A DNA stretch of 64,000 nt, taken from positions 15,250 to 79,249 of the forward strand of contig DASYRM010000195.1 in NCBI GenBank assembly GCA_036004405.1. The letters run 5' to 3'. The position numbers were made by a program, and so were the translations under genes. Source of the DNA: Vicinamibacterales bacterium. GTDB taxonomy: Bacteria; Acidobacteriota; Vicinamibacteria; Vicinamibacterales; UBA2999. Position 1 is the stretch's first letter, and the number at the start of each line of letters is the position of its first letter. This document shows positions 48,054-60,932 of the stretch, one piece after another. Under the pieces are notes generated by a model. That model was not told the DNA's origin. It saw only the letters and a list, made by a program, of their open reading frames with translations, and made no database searches.

Positions 48054-48820
48054 ATGACCAGCAATTCTCTTGCAAGCGACAGTCTCCTCGGCAGCCGTCA
48101 CGCGCACGCGTTCCTCGTCCATGAGGTCCGGAATCTGGTGAACGTGGCGATCCTCTCGTTCGAGGTCCTCAAGACCACCGGTGCCGGCGTGGCAGGCGAC
48201 AAAGGACAAGTACTCCGGCGGAGCCTCAACGACCTGCGCTCTCTGATCAACCAGTCGCTGTCCGACGTGCGGACCGCGCACGGCCGTGATGGCCGTGACG
48301 CGATCGCAATCGAAGACTTCATCAATGAGATCGAAGCGGCCGCCACCCTCGAGGCGCAGGCCAAAGGGATCCGGCTCCTCGTGCCACCGGTCATGGACGG
48401 TCTCTTCGTCGAGGCGGATCGGAGCCAGCTCGGCGCCGCGCTGAGGAACCTCGTGCAGAATGCCGTCAAGTTCACCAGGCCGGGGACGACAGTCGATCTG
48501 CGTGTCAGGCCCAGTGCGGACCGCGTGCGCATCGAGGTTCAGGACGAGTGCGGAGGCCTGCCAAGCGGATGCCCGGACGATCTCTTCCGGGCGTTCGAGC
48601 AGCGGGGCCACGACCGGTCCGGGCTTGGCCTGGGGCTCGCCTTCAGCCGCAAGGTCGTGGAGGCCAGCGGTGGCACCATCTCGGTACGAAATCTCCCGGG
48701 CCGCGGCTGCGTGTTTGCCATCGACCTGCCGCGCTCGGCCGGCTCAGCTAGTTCAGCTTGGCACGACGGCGCGTGCAATGCGGTACACGCCGGCGGCGAC
48801 CAACACGCTATGGTGACGTC

Positions 48821-48824
<4 letters not shown>
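48054..48824 (+). CDS. Sensor-less histidine kinase (HisKA + HATPase)
   Basis: HEVRN, NLVQNAVKFT, DECGGLP, GLGLGLAF; no input domain. Confidence 0.85.
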
Positions 48825-50760
<1,936 letters not shown>

Positions 50761-50782
50761 CGACGCCGCTTCGGAGCCTGCG

Positions 50783-51127
50783 CTAGGAAAAACTCTTCAC
50801 CGCCTCGTCTTCGGAGTCGAAGGTGTCGAAGATGGTGACCAGGCGTGTGATCGCCAGCAGGTCGTGATTCTTCTTGTTCACGTGCAGCAGCTTCAGGCCG
50901 CCCGTGGTCTTCGAGAGCGAGCCGTAGCTGGCGACCAGCTGACCGAGTCCGCCGCTGTCGATGTACGCCACCTCGCCGAGGTTCAGGACGACCGCCACGC
51001 GTTCCTGCTGAATCAGGCTGTTGATCTTGTCCTTCAGGCGCTGTGCATCCTGGTCGATGGTCAGGTTGCCGGTCAAATCGAGCACCGTCACCTTACCGAC
51101 GTGTCGTTCCGCGATTTCGAGGCGCAT
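50783..51127 (-). CDS. STAS anti-sigma-factor antagonist
   Basis: VTVLDLTG, LNLGEVAYIDSGGLGQLV, LLAITRLVTIF. Confidence 0.9.
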   Translation of the reverse strand: MRLEIAERHVGKVTVLDLTGNLTIDQDAQRLKDKINSLIQQERVAVVLNLGEVAYIDSGGLGQLVASYGSLSKTTGGLKLLHVNKKNHDLLAITRLVTIFDTFDSEDEAVKSFS

Positions 51128-51246
51128 GCGCCGAGTATGCGCTCGAATCGCCGGCCGGTCGAGGATTACTTCACGACCACTCACACGCGACCGAGGTTCT
51201 GGACGCCGTGATCGAGGCGGTGCGTGGGTGCCGTCGCTGGCGCAAC

Positions 51247-51950
51247 CTATCGCGTGCCCGCCGCCGACGTGTTCACTGCCGAGCGCTTCTGAAGCACGTC
51301 GACGAGCCGCCGTCCAGACGCGGTCACGAGAGTGTCGGCTCCCGTGACGATGGCGCGCGCGGCCACCTGATGGCCGTAGATCTGCGCGCTGGCGTCGTCA
51401 TCGGGACGCAACGACGTCCCCTCGAGCGACAGACCGGCAAACAGCCCACGTGAGCGCGAGTAGCTGAGCATCTCGGCGCGCAGCGTCGCGTCGGTCGATG
51501 CGGTCGCGTCCCGCCCTTTGGGACCGGCCGCCACGGACAGGCTGGCGCCGAGCTGCACTTTGCTGGCGAGGAGCGCCTCGACGCCTCGCGCGTTCATCAC
51601 GAGCAGAACGAGATCCGTGGATTGTCCGCCGAGCTGCAGACCAAAGCTCCCGCCGTCGAGCGCGTACATGGCCGGCGCGCCCCATGGTCCATCGAACCCC
51701 GTGCCCGATCGGCACACCATCGCGCCGCGACCGTAACTGCCGCCCACGCCGATGGCCACCTTGGTCACGGAGGGCACGACGATGGCGCACTCGGCTTGTC
51801 GAGGAGGTCCTGCGGGATGCCGTCCGGCACGTTGAGGACTTCTTCCATAGCCAGCCCGGCGGCTTCGAGCCGGGCGTCTTCCTTGCTCTGGGCGAGGAGG
51901 CTTGCAGTGGCGGTGACGACGAAAAGTGCGAGGCAGAAGTGACGTAACAT
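51247..51950 (-). pseudogene. Frameshifted Ysc84/SYLF lipid-binding exported protein
   Basis: MLRHFCL...IPQDLLDK then AECAIVVPSVTK..GGSYGRG..GGSFGLQLGGQSTDLV..YSRSRGLFAG in another frame; one G missing in GACAAG(G)CCGAG near 51795. Confidence 0.85.
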
Positions 51951-52056
51951 GCCGCCATCATCTGTCGAAGGCCCCGCAACCGCTGTCCCACAATGAACAT
52001 CTGATGTGCGCGTTCGCTCATACAGTGCTGTGAGAATCCGCTGACCATCGTGCCCT

Positions 52057-52242
52057 ATGACTGACGCGGTCACTCGAACCGTTCATGAGCTGGTGTCGTT
52101 TGCTGTGTTTCTCGACTACCGGGCCAAACGCATGCGCGCGCCGGTGGTCGGCGGCCCGGCGACGACGCCGACGCCTGCGGATCCAGCGCCGCCAGACGGC
52201 GACGTGGTCGAGACCGTCGTGCCGATTACCCGCGATGAGTAA
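52057..52242 (+). CDS. Small hypothetical protein
   Basis: Fills intergenic gap; no recognisable motif. Confidence 0.3.
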   Translation: MTDAVTRTVHELVSFAVFLDYRAKRMRAPVVGGPATTPTPADPAPPDGDVVETVVPITRDE

Positions 52243-52263
52243 GGCGACCAGGGCAGTGGCTGG

Positions 52264-52944
52264 TCAGCGCTCGAGCGGCAACTGCCCCGTATAGACCGCC
52301 ATCCCGACGACCGCATCGACGCCGGCGGCGTGGAGCTCGTCGATCTCCTTCCACGTCGTGATGCCGCCGGCCGCCGTCACCCGGCGCGAGGTGACCTCGC
52401 GCACCGCCATGATGGCCGGCATGCTGGTGCCCTGCATCAGCCCCTCGAGATCGACGTGGGTGTAGAGGAACTCGGCGCAATAGGGCGCGAGCGCCTTCAC
52501 GGCCTCGACGGCGGTGATCGGCAGCGTGGTCTTCCAGCCGTGAATCACCACGTGGCCGCCCTTGCTGTCCACGGCGGCGATCACGCGCTCGGGCCCGACG
52601 GCCTCAGCGAGCGACTTCGCGAACGCCACGTCGACGCCGCCATCGCGGAAGAGCGCCGAGCTCGCAATCACGGCGTGCGCCCCGGCACCAAGCACCGCCT
52701 GCGCCCGCTCGACTGACCGGATGCCGCCACCCACGCGGCAGGGGAGCCGGCCGCAGATCGACGCCACGATCGCCGCGTTGTCGCCCTTGCCCATCGCGGC
52801 GTCGAGGTCGATCAGCTGCACGCGCGGGAAGCGCGAGAACTTCTGAATCCACGGCTCGGCGTCCGCGGCGCGGATGGCCAGCTTGTCGCCCTGCACGAGC
52901 TGGACGACCGCGCCGTTCTGGAGATCGATCGACGGAATGAGCAT
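52264..52944 (-). CDS. hisA: ProFAR isomerase
   Basis: LIPSIDL.NG.VVQLVQG, IDLDAA, VGGGIRS, EGLMQG, AAGGI; last gene of his operon. Confidence 0.9.
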   Translation of the reverse strand: MLIPSIDLQNGAVVQLVQGDKLAIRAADAEPWIQKFSRFPRVQLIDLDAAMGKGDNAAIVASICGRLPCRVGGGIRSVERAQAVLGAGAHAVIASSALFRDGGVDVAFAKSLAEAVGPERVIAAVDSKGGHVVIHGWKTTLPITAVEAVKALAPYCAEFLYTHVDLEGLMQGTSMPAIMAVREVTSRRVTAAGGITTWKEIDELHAAGVDAVVGMAVYTGQLPLER

Positions 52945-53699
52945 CAGAGTCGAACCGGAATGCCGCGCTGACTCAGGTGCCGCTTGAGGTCGGCCACGCT
53001 CGACTCGGCGTAGTGGAAGATCGACGCCGCCAGCGCCGCATCGGCGTGCCCCTGCGTGAACACGTCGGTGAAGTGGTCGAAGGTGCCAGCGCCGCCGGAG
53101 GCGATGACCGGGATGTTCACGGCGTCCGACACCGCGGCTGTCATCTCGTTGTCGAACCCGGCGCGGGTGCCGTCGCGGTCCATGGACGTCAGCAGGATCT
53201 CGCCGGCGCCGTACTCCTCGGCCTGCCGCGCCCACGCGACGGCGTCGCGATCGGCGTCCGACGTACCGCTGCGCACGAACACGGCGAAGTGGTCGCCGCG
53301 GCGCTTGGCGTCGATCGCCACGATCACCGCCTGGCTGCCGTAGCGCTTCGCGAGGGTGGTGATCAGCGACGGGTTCTTCAGCGCCGCGGTGTTGAGGCTC
53401 ACCTTGTCGGCGCCGGCTTCCACGGCGGCGTCGGCGTCCTCTTCCGAACGGATGCCGCCGCCCACCGTGAGCGGGAGGAAGATCTCCTTTGCCACGGCGC
53501 CGATCGTGCGCGCCAGCGCCTGACGTTTCTCGAGCGTCGCGGTGATGTCGAGAATCACCACCTCGTCGATGCCTTCCACGTTGTAGCGGCGGGCCAGCTC
53601 GCCGGGGTCGCCGGCGTGACGCAGCTCCTGGAACTGCACCCCCTTCACTACCTGGCCGTCGCGCACGTCGAGGCACGCGATGATGCGTTTGGTCAGCAT
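52944..53699 (-). CDS. hisF: Imidazole glycerol phosphate synthase cyclase
   Basis: [46 protein letters not shown]. Confidence 0.97.
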   Translation of the reverse strand: MLTKRIIACLDVRDGQVVKGVQFQELRHAGDPGELARRYNVEGIDEVVILDITATLEKRQALARTIGAVAKEIFLPLTVGGGIRSEEDADAAVEAGADKVSLNTAALKNPSLITTLAKRYGSQAVIVAIDAKRRGDHFAVFVRSGTSDADRDAVAWARQAEEYGAGEILLTSMDRDGTRAGFDNEMTAAVSDAVNIPVIASGGAGTFDHFTDVFTQGHADAALAASIFHYAESSVADLKRHLSQRGIPVRL

Positions 53700-54295
53700 A
53701 AGGCCAGGAAATTCCTCAAGATCTGCAGGCCGGCGTCGCTCGATTTCTCGGGGTGGAACTGCACGCCGAAGACGTTGTCCTGTTCGACGGCCGACGCAAA
53801 CGTGTTGGCGTGCGTGGTGGCCGCCGCGCACGCACTCGTGACCGGCGCCGCGAACGAGTGCGTGAAGTAGACCTGCGCGCCCGAGTCGAGGCCGGCCAGC
53901 AGCCGAGCGGGCTTCTTGAACTCGAGCGCGTTCCAGCCGACGTGTGGAATCTTGAGGCGCTTCTCGACGTCCCCCTCGAGCCGCTGAATCTGGCCGGGCA
54001 GCACGCCCAGTCCTTTGACGCCGGGCGCCTCGTCGCTCCCCTCGAACAGCCACTGCATGCCGACGCAGATGCCGAGGAGCGGCGTGCCGCGCCGGACCGC
54101 GTCGGCGATCGCCTCGCGCCACGCCCCTTCGAGCACCTGCGTCGCCGCGAAGTTGCCGACGCCGGGGACGATGAGCCCGGCCGCGGTAGCGCACGCCGAC
54201 GGATCGCGCGGCGTCTGGTACTCGGCGTCGAGCGTGGTCAGCGCCTTGCGCACGGACGTGAGGTTTCCGGCGCCGTAATCCACCAGCGCGATCAC
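53693..54295 (-). CDS. hisH: Imidazole glycerol phosphate synthase glutaminase
   Basis: [32 protein letters not shown]. Confidence 0.96.
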   Translation of the reverse strand: MIALVDYGAGNLTSVRKALTTLDAEYQTPRDPSACATAAGLIVPGVGNFAATQVLEGAWREAIADAVRRGTPLLGICVGMQWLFEGSDEAPGVKGLGVLPGQIQRLEGDVEKRLKIPHVGWNALEFKKPARLLAGLDSGAQVYFTHSFAAPVTSACAAATTHANTFASAVEQDNVFGVQFHPEKSSDAGLQILRNFLALC

Positions 54296-54900
54296 AGCAG
54301 CCCCTTCGTGCTCGGCAGCATCTTCGCGAGACGGGTGTCCCTGGCGCACGCCACGCGGAGCGCGCGCGCGAAAGCCTTGAACACCGCCTCGACGTGGTGG
54401 TGGCTCGAGCGGCCGTAGAGCACCTTGGCGTGCACGTTGGCGCGCGCGCCGATGGCGAAGCCGTCGAAGAAGTCGTGCACGAGCTCCGACTGCAGATCGC
54501 CGACCATCCGCACTTTCACCTTGAGGTCCACCTTGGCGTGCGGACGTCCGCCGAGGTCGATGGCGACGACGGCAAGCGTTTCGTCCATCGGCATCACGAA
54601 GTAGCCGGCGCGGTTGATGCCCTTGCGGTCGCCGAGCGCCTTCAGCACCGTTTCGCCGAGCACGATGCCGACGTCCTCCACGGTGTGGTGCTGATCGACG
54701 TCCAGGTCGCCCTTCGCCTTCAGCGTCAGGTCGAAGCCGCCGTGGCGCGTGAACAGCTCGAGCATGTGGTCGAAGAAGCGGATGCCGGTGGAGACGTCGT
54801 AGCGGCCCTGGCCGTCGATGGTCAGACGGCCGCGGATGTCGGTCTCCTTCGTGCGACGGTCGAACGCCGCCCCTCGCGCCTTCGCTGGTGAGCCCTTCAT
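54292..54900 (-). CDS. hisB: Imidazoleglycerol-phosphate dehydratase
   Basis: [44 protein letters not shown]. Confidence 0.96.
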   Translation of the reverse strand: MKGSPAKARGAAFDRRTKETDIRGRLTIDGQGRYDVSTGIRFFDHMLELFTRHGGFDLTLKAKGDLDVDQHHTVEDVGIVLGETVLKALGDRKGINRAGYFVMPMDETLAVVAIDLGGRPHAKVDLKVKVRMVGDLQSELVHDFFDGFAIGARANVHAKVLYGRSSHHHVEAVFKAFARALRVACARDTRLAKMLPSTKGLL

Positions 54901-56153
54901 CGCCGTGTGCCCGCCTTTCGCAGCCGTGTGGCCACCGATTCCGCGTGAGCCCCGAGCCCCTCGGCGCGCGCCAGCGTCACGACGCTCGGGCCGATCCGCG
55001 CCAGGCCTGCCTTCGTCACGCGCTGGACGGTGATCTGCTTGACGAAGTCGGCCGCCGAGAGCCCGCCCCGTACGCGGGCGGTACCGGCCGTGGGCAGCAC
55101 GTGGTTCGAGCCGATGGCGTAGTCGCCGGCCACCTGCGCCGACCACGGCCCGACGAAGAGCGACCCGGCGCTGCGCACGCGCGCCGCCACCCGGTCGTCG
55201 TCCACCACGAGGTGCTCGGCGGCGCCCTCGTTGGCGAGGTCGATCGCCTCCTGCAGCGAGCTCGTCACGATGATGCCGCCGTGGGCCTTGATCGACGCGC
55301 GGGCCGGGCCCTCCTCGGGCATGCGCACGGCCACCTGCCGCGCCACGCGCTCGGCCAGCGCCCGGTTCGGCGTGATCAGCACCGCTCGCGCATCCGGGTC
55401 GTGTTCGGCCTGGGCGATGAGGTCCGCGGCAATCCAGTCGGCCGACCCCTTGGCCGCGACGATGACGATCTCGGTGGGTCCGGCGTAGAAGTCGATGCCG
55501 CAATCCGACGCGACGAGCGCCTTGGCAGATGCCACGTAGCGGTTGCCCGGCCCGACGATCTTGTCGACGCGCGGCACCGTGGCGGTGCCGTAGGCGAGCG
55601 CCGCCACCGCGTGCGCGCCGCCCAGCCGGAACAGGCGCGACACGCCCGCTTCGAGCGCCGCCGCCATCACCACCGGCTCGGGCCGCGGGCACACGGCGAC
55701 GACGTCCTTCACCCCGGCGACGCTGGCCGGGATGGCCGTCATCAGGAGCGACGAGGGCAGGGGATAGCGGCCGCCCGGCACGTAGCAGCCGACGCGGTCC
55801 AGCGGTACGACGCGCGACTCGACGGTGACGCCGGGCGCCACGCGCGCGCGCCACCCTTTCGGCACCTGCCGCTTCGCCACCGCGCGGATGTTGCGGGCGG
55901 CGTCCCGAATCGCGGTGCGCACCTCGCGCGGCACCGTGGCCGCGGCGCGCCGCAGCTCGTCGAGCGGTATCTCGATCGGCCCGTCGAGGCCGTCGAACTT
56001 GCGCGCGTAGCGCAACAGCGCGGCGTCGCCCCTTCGTCGGACGTCGCTCACGATCGCGGCCACGCGGCGATCGGTGGCCGCGTCGCGCACGCGCTCCGGC
56101 GCCAGCAGTTCCCGCACCGCGCGCCGGTTACTCGATTCGACCACTCTGAGCAT
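54897..56153 (-). CDS. hisD: Histidinol dehydrogenase
   Basis: [39 protein letters not shown]. Confidence 0.96.
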   Translation of the reverse strand: MLRVVESSNRRAVRELLAPERVRDAATDRRVAAIVSDVRRRGDAALLRYARKFDGLDGPIEIPLDELRRAAATVPREVRTAIRDAARNIRAVAKRQVPKGWRARVAPGVTVESRVVPLDRVGCYVPGGRYPLPSSLLMTAIPASVAGVKDVVAVCPRPEPVVMAAALEAGVSRLFRLGGAHAVAALAYGTATVPRVDKIVGPGNRYVASAKALVASDCGIDFYAGPTEIVIVAAKGSADWIAADLIAQAEHDPDARAVLITPNRALAERVARQVAVRMPEEGPARASIKAHGGIIVTSSLQEAIDLANEGAAEHLVVDDDRVAARVRSAGSLFVGPWSAQVAGDYAIGSNHVLPTAGTARVRGGLSAADFVKQITVQRVTKAGLARIGPSVVTLARAEGLGAHAESVATRLRKAGTRR

Positions 56154-56159
56154 CGCGCG

Positions 56160-57047
56160 CTACACCACGATCTTGTTGAGCGGGTACTCGACGATGCCCT
56201 GCCCGCCGGCCGCCTTCACCCTGGGAATCAGGTCGCGGACGGTCCGCTCTTCGATGATGGTGTTGACGGCGACCCACTCGTCGTCGCTCAGCGAAGAGAT
56301 GGTCGGCCGCTGCAACGCCGGCAACAGCGCCAGGACCTTGTCGAGATCGGCCTTGCGTACGTTGAGCATGATGCCGACCTTGCCCTGCGCCTCGATGGCC
56401 GCCTTGAGCAGGAGCGCGATGTTGTCCAGCTTCTGCTTCTTCCACGGGTCGCCGAGCGCGGTCTTGTTGGCGATGAGCTGCGTGTTCGATTCCATCAGCG
56501 TGTCGATGATGCGCAGACGGTTCGCGCGCAGCGACGAGCCGGTTTCGGTGACCTCGACGATCGCGTCGGCGAGCATGGGTGGTTTCACCTCGGTGGCGCC
56601 CCAGGAAAACTCCACCTTCACATTGACGCCGTGTCGGGTGAAATACGCCTTGGTCGCGCGCACCAGTTCGGTCGCAATGGTCTTCCCTTCGCAGTCCTTC
56701 GGCGAGCGGATGTCGGAGTCTTCCGGCGCCGCCAGCACCCATCGCACCTTGCCGAAACTCTGCTTCGCGTAGATCAGGTCGGCGATCGGCTCGATCACGC
56801 CGGTGACGCCGTCGCCGGCCTCGTGCTCGGCAATCCAGTCGAGGCCGGTCAAACCGGCGTCGAGCATCCCGGTCGACACGTAGCGCGCCATCTCCTGGGC
56901 GCGAATCAGCATGCACTCGATCTCGGGATCGTCGATCGACGGGAAGTACGAGCGCGTGTTGACGTAGATGTTGAAGCCCGCCCGCGCGAAGAGCTGAATC
57001 GTCGCGTCCTGCAGCGAGCCCTTGGGCAGTCCGAGCTTGAGTTTCAT
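56160..57047 (-). CDS. hisG: ATP phosphoribosyltransferase, long form
   Basis: [42 protein letters not shown]-terminal regulatory domain. Confidence 0.96.
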   Translation of the reverse strand: MKLKLGLPKGSLQDATIQLFARAGFNIYVNTRSYFPSIDDPEIECMLIRAQEMARYVSTGMLDAGLTGLDWIAEHEAGDGVTGVIEPIADLIYAKQSFGKVRWVLAAPEDSDIRSPKDCEGKTIATELVRATKAYFTRHGVNVKVEFSWGATEVKPPMLADAIVEVTETGSSLRANRLRIIDTLMESNTQLIANKTALGDPWKKQKLDNIALLLKAAIEAQGKVGIMLNVRKADLDKVLALLPALQRPTISSLSDDEWVAVNTIIEERTVRDLIPRVKAAGGQGIVEYPLNKIVV

Positions 57048-57370
57048 GGAATCGTGATCCCTTCAGGCCGCACGAAGAAGCAGGTGCGTTCGCCGGTGTG
57101 ACACACCTTGGCGTCGCCGAGCGGCTCGGCCTTCACGAGCACGGTGTCCTCGTCGCAGTCGATGAGGATGTCGCGCACCGCCAGCCTGTTGCCCGACGTC
57201 TCACCCTTGGTCCACAGCTTGTTGCGGGTGCGGCTGAAGAAGGTGACGTAGCCGGTGCGCAGCGTGATGTCCCAGGCTTCGGGATTCATGAAGCCGACCA
57301 TCAGCACGTCGCCGTTCTTGTGGTCCTGCACCACCGCGGGAATCAGTCCGTCCAGTTTTGAGAAGTCCAT
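57044..57370 (-). CDS. hisI: Phosphoribosyl-AMP cyclohydrolase (no HisE fusion)
   Basis: [38 protein letters not shown]. Confidence 0.95.
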   Translation of the reverse strand: MDFSKLDGLIPAVVQDHKNGDVLMVGFMNPEAWDITLRTGYVTFFSRTRNKLWTKGETSGNRLAVRDILIDCDEDTVLVKAEPLGDAKVCHTGERTCFFVRPEGITIP

Positions 57371-57401
57371 AGTCGTCTCGAAGGTCCTACAGCCGTACAA
57401 C

Positions 57402-57429
57402 AAAAAACCCCGCCTCAAGTTCGGCGGGG
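57402..57429 (-). terminator. Intrinsic terminator of his attenuator
   Basis: Minus strand CCCCGCC-GAACTTGA-GGCGGGG-TTTTTT upstream of hisI. Confidence 0.88.
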
Positions 57430-57476
57430 CTGCTGATGTTCACGTGGTCGAGGGTGGCTCTATTCCTTCAAAAGCC

Positions 57477-57557
57477 TCAGTCCCTAGACGCGCGCAGTCC
57501 CGCCGTCCGGCTCCGGTGGCCGTGATGGTGGTGGCGCGCATGATGCAGAGCAAACAT
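57477..57557 (-). CDS. hisL: his operon leader peptide
   Basis: MFALHHARHHHHGHRSRTAGLRASRD* (7 His) upstream of terminator and hisI. Confidence 0.88.
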   Translation of the reverse strand: MFALHHARHHHHGHRSRTAGLRASRD

Positions 57558-57605
57558 CGGAATCCCAAGCGTAGCCGAAAGCCCGTCCTGAGGGCAAGCG
57601 GGCGG

Positions 57606-57628
57606 GCGGCCTCAAGGCCTGCGGCTAC
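57606..57628 (-). repeat. Degenerate GTAG REP supplying Rid gene stop
   Basis: Minus strand GTAGCCGCAGGCC-TTGA-GGCCGC. Confidence 0.6.
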
Positions 57629-58014
57629 GAGCCAACGTAGGCGTCGGCCTCGATCTCCACCAGCATGGCCGGATCGATGAGGCGGGTCACTTCCACCATG
57701 GCCGCGGCCGGGCGCACCTGACCGAAGAACTCGCCGTGGGCGCGGCCGATCTCTTCCCAGCGGGAGATGTCGGTGACGAACATCCGCGTGCGCACTACAT
57801 CGGTCATCGCCGCGCCGGCCTGCTGCAGCGCGCGCTCGATGTTGCGCAGCGTCTGCACCGTCTGCGCATAGGCGTCGCCGGGCCCGACCACCTGCCCCGA
57901 GGCGTCGGTCGCCGTGGTGCCCGCCACATGGACGTAGGGACCCACCCGCACCGCGCGCGAGTAGCCGACGATCGGTTCCCAGGGGCCCCCGCTGGAAAAA
58001 TTCTTTCGAGACAT
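57625..58014 (-). CDS. Rid (YjgF/RidA) family protein
   Basis: [39 protein letters not shown]. Confidence 0.92.
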   Translation of the reverse strand: MSRKNFSSGGPWEPIVGYSRAVRVGPYVHVAGTTATDASGQVVGPGDAYAQTVQTLRNIERALQQAGAAMTDVVRTRMFVTDISRWEEIGRAHGEFFGQVRPAAAMVEVTRLIDPAMLVEIEADAYVGS

Positions 58015-58041
58015 GCGCTGATTGTGGCACGCTGGGCGGCG

Positions 58042-58542
58042 ATGTCTTTCCGCCTTCTTGCCGTCTTGTGTGTGGCCGCGAGCGTCGCGGCCGGCTGCCG
58101 CATGGCTGATGGTCCGATGCCGATGCCGAGCAGCGAAGATCTCAATCGCCTCGACGATCTCCGCCGCGACGTCGGCAACGTGGTTGCCGGGCACGCCGAG
58201 GCGAAGCAGGACTTTACCGACGATCTCCTGGTGTTCGTCACGCCCGGCACCAAGCCCGAGGCTCCCGCGGCCATCAGCGAGCTGGCGCGCCTCGTGGCCG
58301 ACGCCGCTCAATCGGCGCAGCTCAAAGAGGCGGCGCTGCCGCCGCTGTTGAAGCAGGTGTGGACGGCGGTGGCCGCGCGCGAGCTGAGCGAGAAGCAGGT
58401 GACGGCGCTGCAGGCCGACGTCAAGACGACGCTCACCGGCCTTGGTGTGGCGGAGCCCGCCGCGCAGTCCGTTTCGAATCAGATCGGGACGGTGCAAAAG
58501 GCGGTCACGGACCGGGCGCGCCACTGGTACGAAGTGTTTTGA
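58042..58542 (+). CDS. Hypothetical lipoprotein
   Basis: Lipobox VAAGC; helical body. Confidence 0.72.
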   Translation: MSFRLLAVLCVAASVAAGCRMADGPMPMPSSEDLNRLDDLRRDVGNVVAGHAEAKQDFTDDLLVFVTPGTKPEAPAAISELARLVADAAQSAQLKEAALPPLLKQVWTAVAARELSEKQVTALQADVKTTLTGLGVAEPAAQSVSNQIGTVQKAVTDRARHWYEVF

Positions 58543-58642
58543 TACTTGGAGACGCGCTCCCGAGCCACGCGAAGTACCACCAGTATTAACAGACTGGTTC
58601 TGCGAGTCCATTCGCCGCTAGATTGCCGTCGGGGGTGGCTCG

Positions 58643-59512
58643 ATGACCGACGGCTACATCACGACGGATGACGGTGTCCGGCTCTACTTCGAACGCATCG
58701 GCGCGAGCGATCGCCTGCTGCTGGTTCCCAACGGCGCACCAATTCTCGATCAGCTCCAGCCGCTCGCGGCGACGCGGACGATCGTCGCGTTCGACCCGCG
58801 CAACCGCGGCCGATCCGACCGTGTCACCGACCAGGCGCCCCTGGCGCGCGCGCTCGACATCGAGGTCGAAGACATCGATGCCGTTCGCCGCTCCGTCGGT
58901 GCCGCGGAGGTGGACCTGCTCGGCCACGGTTACGTGGGGCTTCTGGCGATCCTCTATGCGATACGATTCCCGGCGCACGTGGGGCGGGTGATTCAGATCG
59001 GCCCCGCCGGTCCCGACGGCGGCGCCACCTATCCGCTCGAGCGCGCCGACGACATCGCCGTGCGGCAAGACGTCCTCGAACGCCTCGCGGGCTTTGCCGC
59101 CCAGGCGCCGGCCGACGACGAGGAGCGCTGCCACCGGTTGTGGGATGTCCTGCGACCCCTCTACGTCGTCGATCCAGCGGACGCGTCCAAGCTCGATTCC
59201 TTCGACCGCTGCTCGCTCGAGACCGAGCGCCACGCCTACGAGGTCGTCACGGCGCGACTCATGCCGGCGCTGCAGTCGTGCACGCTCCACGACGCCGATC
59301 TCGCCGCGGTCCGGTGTCCTGTGCTGACCATTCACGGCCGCCGTGACCGCAGCGCGCCGTACGCCGCGGGGTGCGAGTGGGTACGGCTGCTGCCGAACGC
59401 GCGGCTCGTCACGGTCGAGAACGCCGGCCACATGCCGTGGATCGAGTCGCCCGCCGAGGTGCTCGGCGCGATCGAGACCTTCCTCACGAGCCCAGAGCCA
59501 GCTAAAGCCTAG
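58643..59512 (+). CDS. Alpha/beta hydrolase fold protein (nucleophile Ser absent)
   Basis: DPRNRGRS, LLGHGYVG, PVLTIHGRRD, AGHMPWIE. Confidence 0.85.
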   Translation: MTDGYITTDDGVRLYFERIGASDRLLLVPNGAPILDQLQPLAATRTIVAFDPRNRGRSDRVTDQAPLARALDIEVEDIDAVRRSVGAAEVDLLGHGYVGLLAILYAIRFPAHVGRVIQIGPAGPDGGATYPLERADDIAVRQDVLERLAGFAAQAPADDEERCHRLWDVLRPLYVVDPADASKLDSFDRCSLETERHAYEVVTARLMPALQSCTLHDADLAAVRCPVLTIHGRRDRSAPYAAGCEWVRLLPNARLVTVENAGHMPWIESPAEVLGAIETFLTSPEPAKA

Positions 59513-59524
59513 AGCCCAGAGCCG
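59488..59524 (+). repeat. Degenerate heptamer repeat (AGAGCCC-like) at convergent junction
   Basis: GAGCCCAGAGCCAGCTAAAGCCTAGAGCCCAGAGCCG contains both stops. Confidence 0.6.
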
Positions 59525-60929
59525 ACTCGTCTCGCAACAGCTCCCACGCCCGCGCAACGTGCTTTTCACTCGTGCGGTAGTGACCAATTGCGAGACGAAT
59601 CACAAACCGCCCGTCGAGCCGCGTGTGCGACAGGTAGACCTCGCCGCTCGCGTTCACGCGCTCCATCAGCCGCTCGTTGAGCGCGTCCGCGGCGGCGGGC
59701 GGCTGGCCGGACTCGCCGCGCAGCCGGAAGCACACGACGCTGAAGGGCACCGGCGCCACGCGCTCGAATCGTGGGTCGGCGTCGATCCACGACGCGAACA
59801 GGCGCGCCAGCCGCAGATGCTCGCGGTAGACGGCGCGCAGCCCCTCGGCGCCGAAGTCGCGCATCACCATCCACAGCTTCAGCGAGCGGAAGCGCCGTCC
59901 GAGCTGGATGCCGGTGTCCATCAGGTTGCGCACGCCGGCGTCGCCCTCCGCTGTCTTGAGGAAGTCGGGCACCAGCGAGAACGCCGCCCGCAGCACGTTC
60001 ATCTGCCGGCAGAACAGCACGCTGAGGTCCATCGGCGTGAAGAGCCACTTGTGCGGGTTGAGGACGATCGAGTCGGCGTGCTCCCAGCCGTCGTAGAGCA
60101 GCCGCAGCTCGGGCACCATGGCCGCCACCCCGGCGTAGGCGGCGTCCACGTGCAGCCAGACGCCGCGGGCGGCGCACACGCCGGCGATCGCCGCCACCGG
60201 ATCGACGCTGGTCGTCGAGGTCGTGCCGATCGTGGCGATCACGGCCATCGGTCGCACGCCGCGCGCGAGGTCTTCATCGATGGCGGCGGCGAGGGCCGCG
60301 GGCCGCAGGCGGAACTCCGCATCGGCCGGGATCTTTCGCAGCGCGTCGAGCCCGACCCCGAGCGTCATCACGGCCTTGTCCACCGACGAGTGGGCGTGCT
60401 CGGACGCGTAGATACGCAGCGGCGCGTCCGCGCCCGCCAGCCCGTGCGCCCGCACGCCGGGCACGGCGCGTTCCCGCGCCGCCGCCAGCGCGTGCAGCGT
60501 GGAAACGGATGCGGTGTCGTAGATGACGCCTTCGAACGGCGCGGGCAGCCCCACGAGCTGGCGCAGCCAGCCGAGCGTCGTCTCTTCGAGCTCGGTGGAC
60601 GCGGGCGACGTCTTCCACAGCATCGCCTGCTGGTTGAGCACGCTCGCCAGCATCTCGCCGAGCACGCCGGGGGGGCTCGCCGAACTGGCGAAGTAGGCGA
60701 GGAAGCCGGGATGGTTCCAGTGCGTGAGCGCGGGCACGAGGACGCGTTCGAAGTCCGCGAACACCTGCTCGAACGCTTCGCCGTGCTCGGGTGCCTGTTG
60801 GGGCAGCGCCGACCGCACGTCGCCGGGGGACACCCGCGGCACGACGGGATAGCGTTCGACCTGCTCGATGTACGTGGCGATCCAGTCCACCAGCGCGTGC
60901 GCGTGGCGCCTGAACTCGACCGGATCCAT
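59502..60929 (-). CDS. Group II PLP-dependent decarboxylase (aromatic-L-amino-acid decarboxylase-like)
   Basis: THWNHPGFLAYF, AHSSVDKA, GTTSTTSVDP, HVDAAYAG, NPHKW, LGRRFRSLKLW. Confidence 0.93.
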   Translation of the reverse strand: MDPVEFRRHAHALVDWIATYIEQVERYPVVPRVSPGDVRSALPQQAPEHGEAFEQVFADFERVLVPALTHWNHPGFLAYFASSASPPGVLGEMLASVLNQQAMLWKTSPASTELEETTLGWLRQLVGLPAPFEGVIYDTASVSTLHALAAARERAVPGVRAHGLAGADAPLRIYASEHAHSSVDKAVMTLGVGLDALRKIPADAEFRLRPAALAAAIDEDLARGVRPMAVIATIGTTSTTSVDPVAAIAGVCAARGVWLHVDAAYAGVAAMVPELRLLYDGWEHADSIVLNPHKWLFTPMDLSVLFCRQMNVLRAAFSLVPDFLKTAEGDAGVRNLMDTGIQLGRRFRSLKLWMVMRDFGAEGLRAVYREHLRLARLFASWIDADPRFERVAPVPFSVVCFRLRGESGQPPAAADALNERLMERVNASGEVYLSHTRLDGRFVIRLAIGHYRTSEKHVARAWELLRDESALGSRL

Positions 60930-60932
60930 GCG

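Noticed and set aside
48758..48777. Sigma54-like TTGGCACGACGGCGCGTGCA before groES
   Set aside because: Spacing is 13; it fits only if a 3-bp ACG duplication is assumed
54901..54940. Imperfect 21-bp repeat at the hisD end
   Set aside because: Short, mismatched and plausible by chance at high GC
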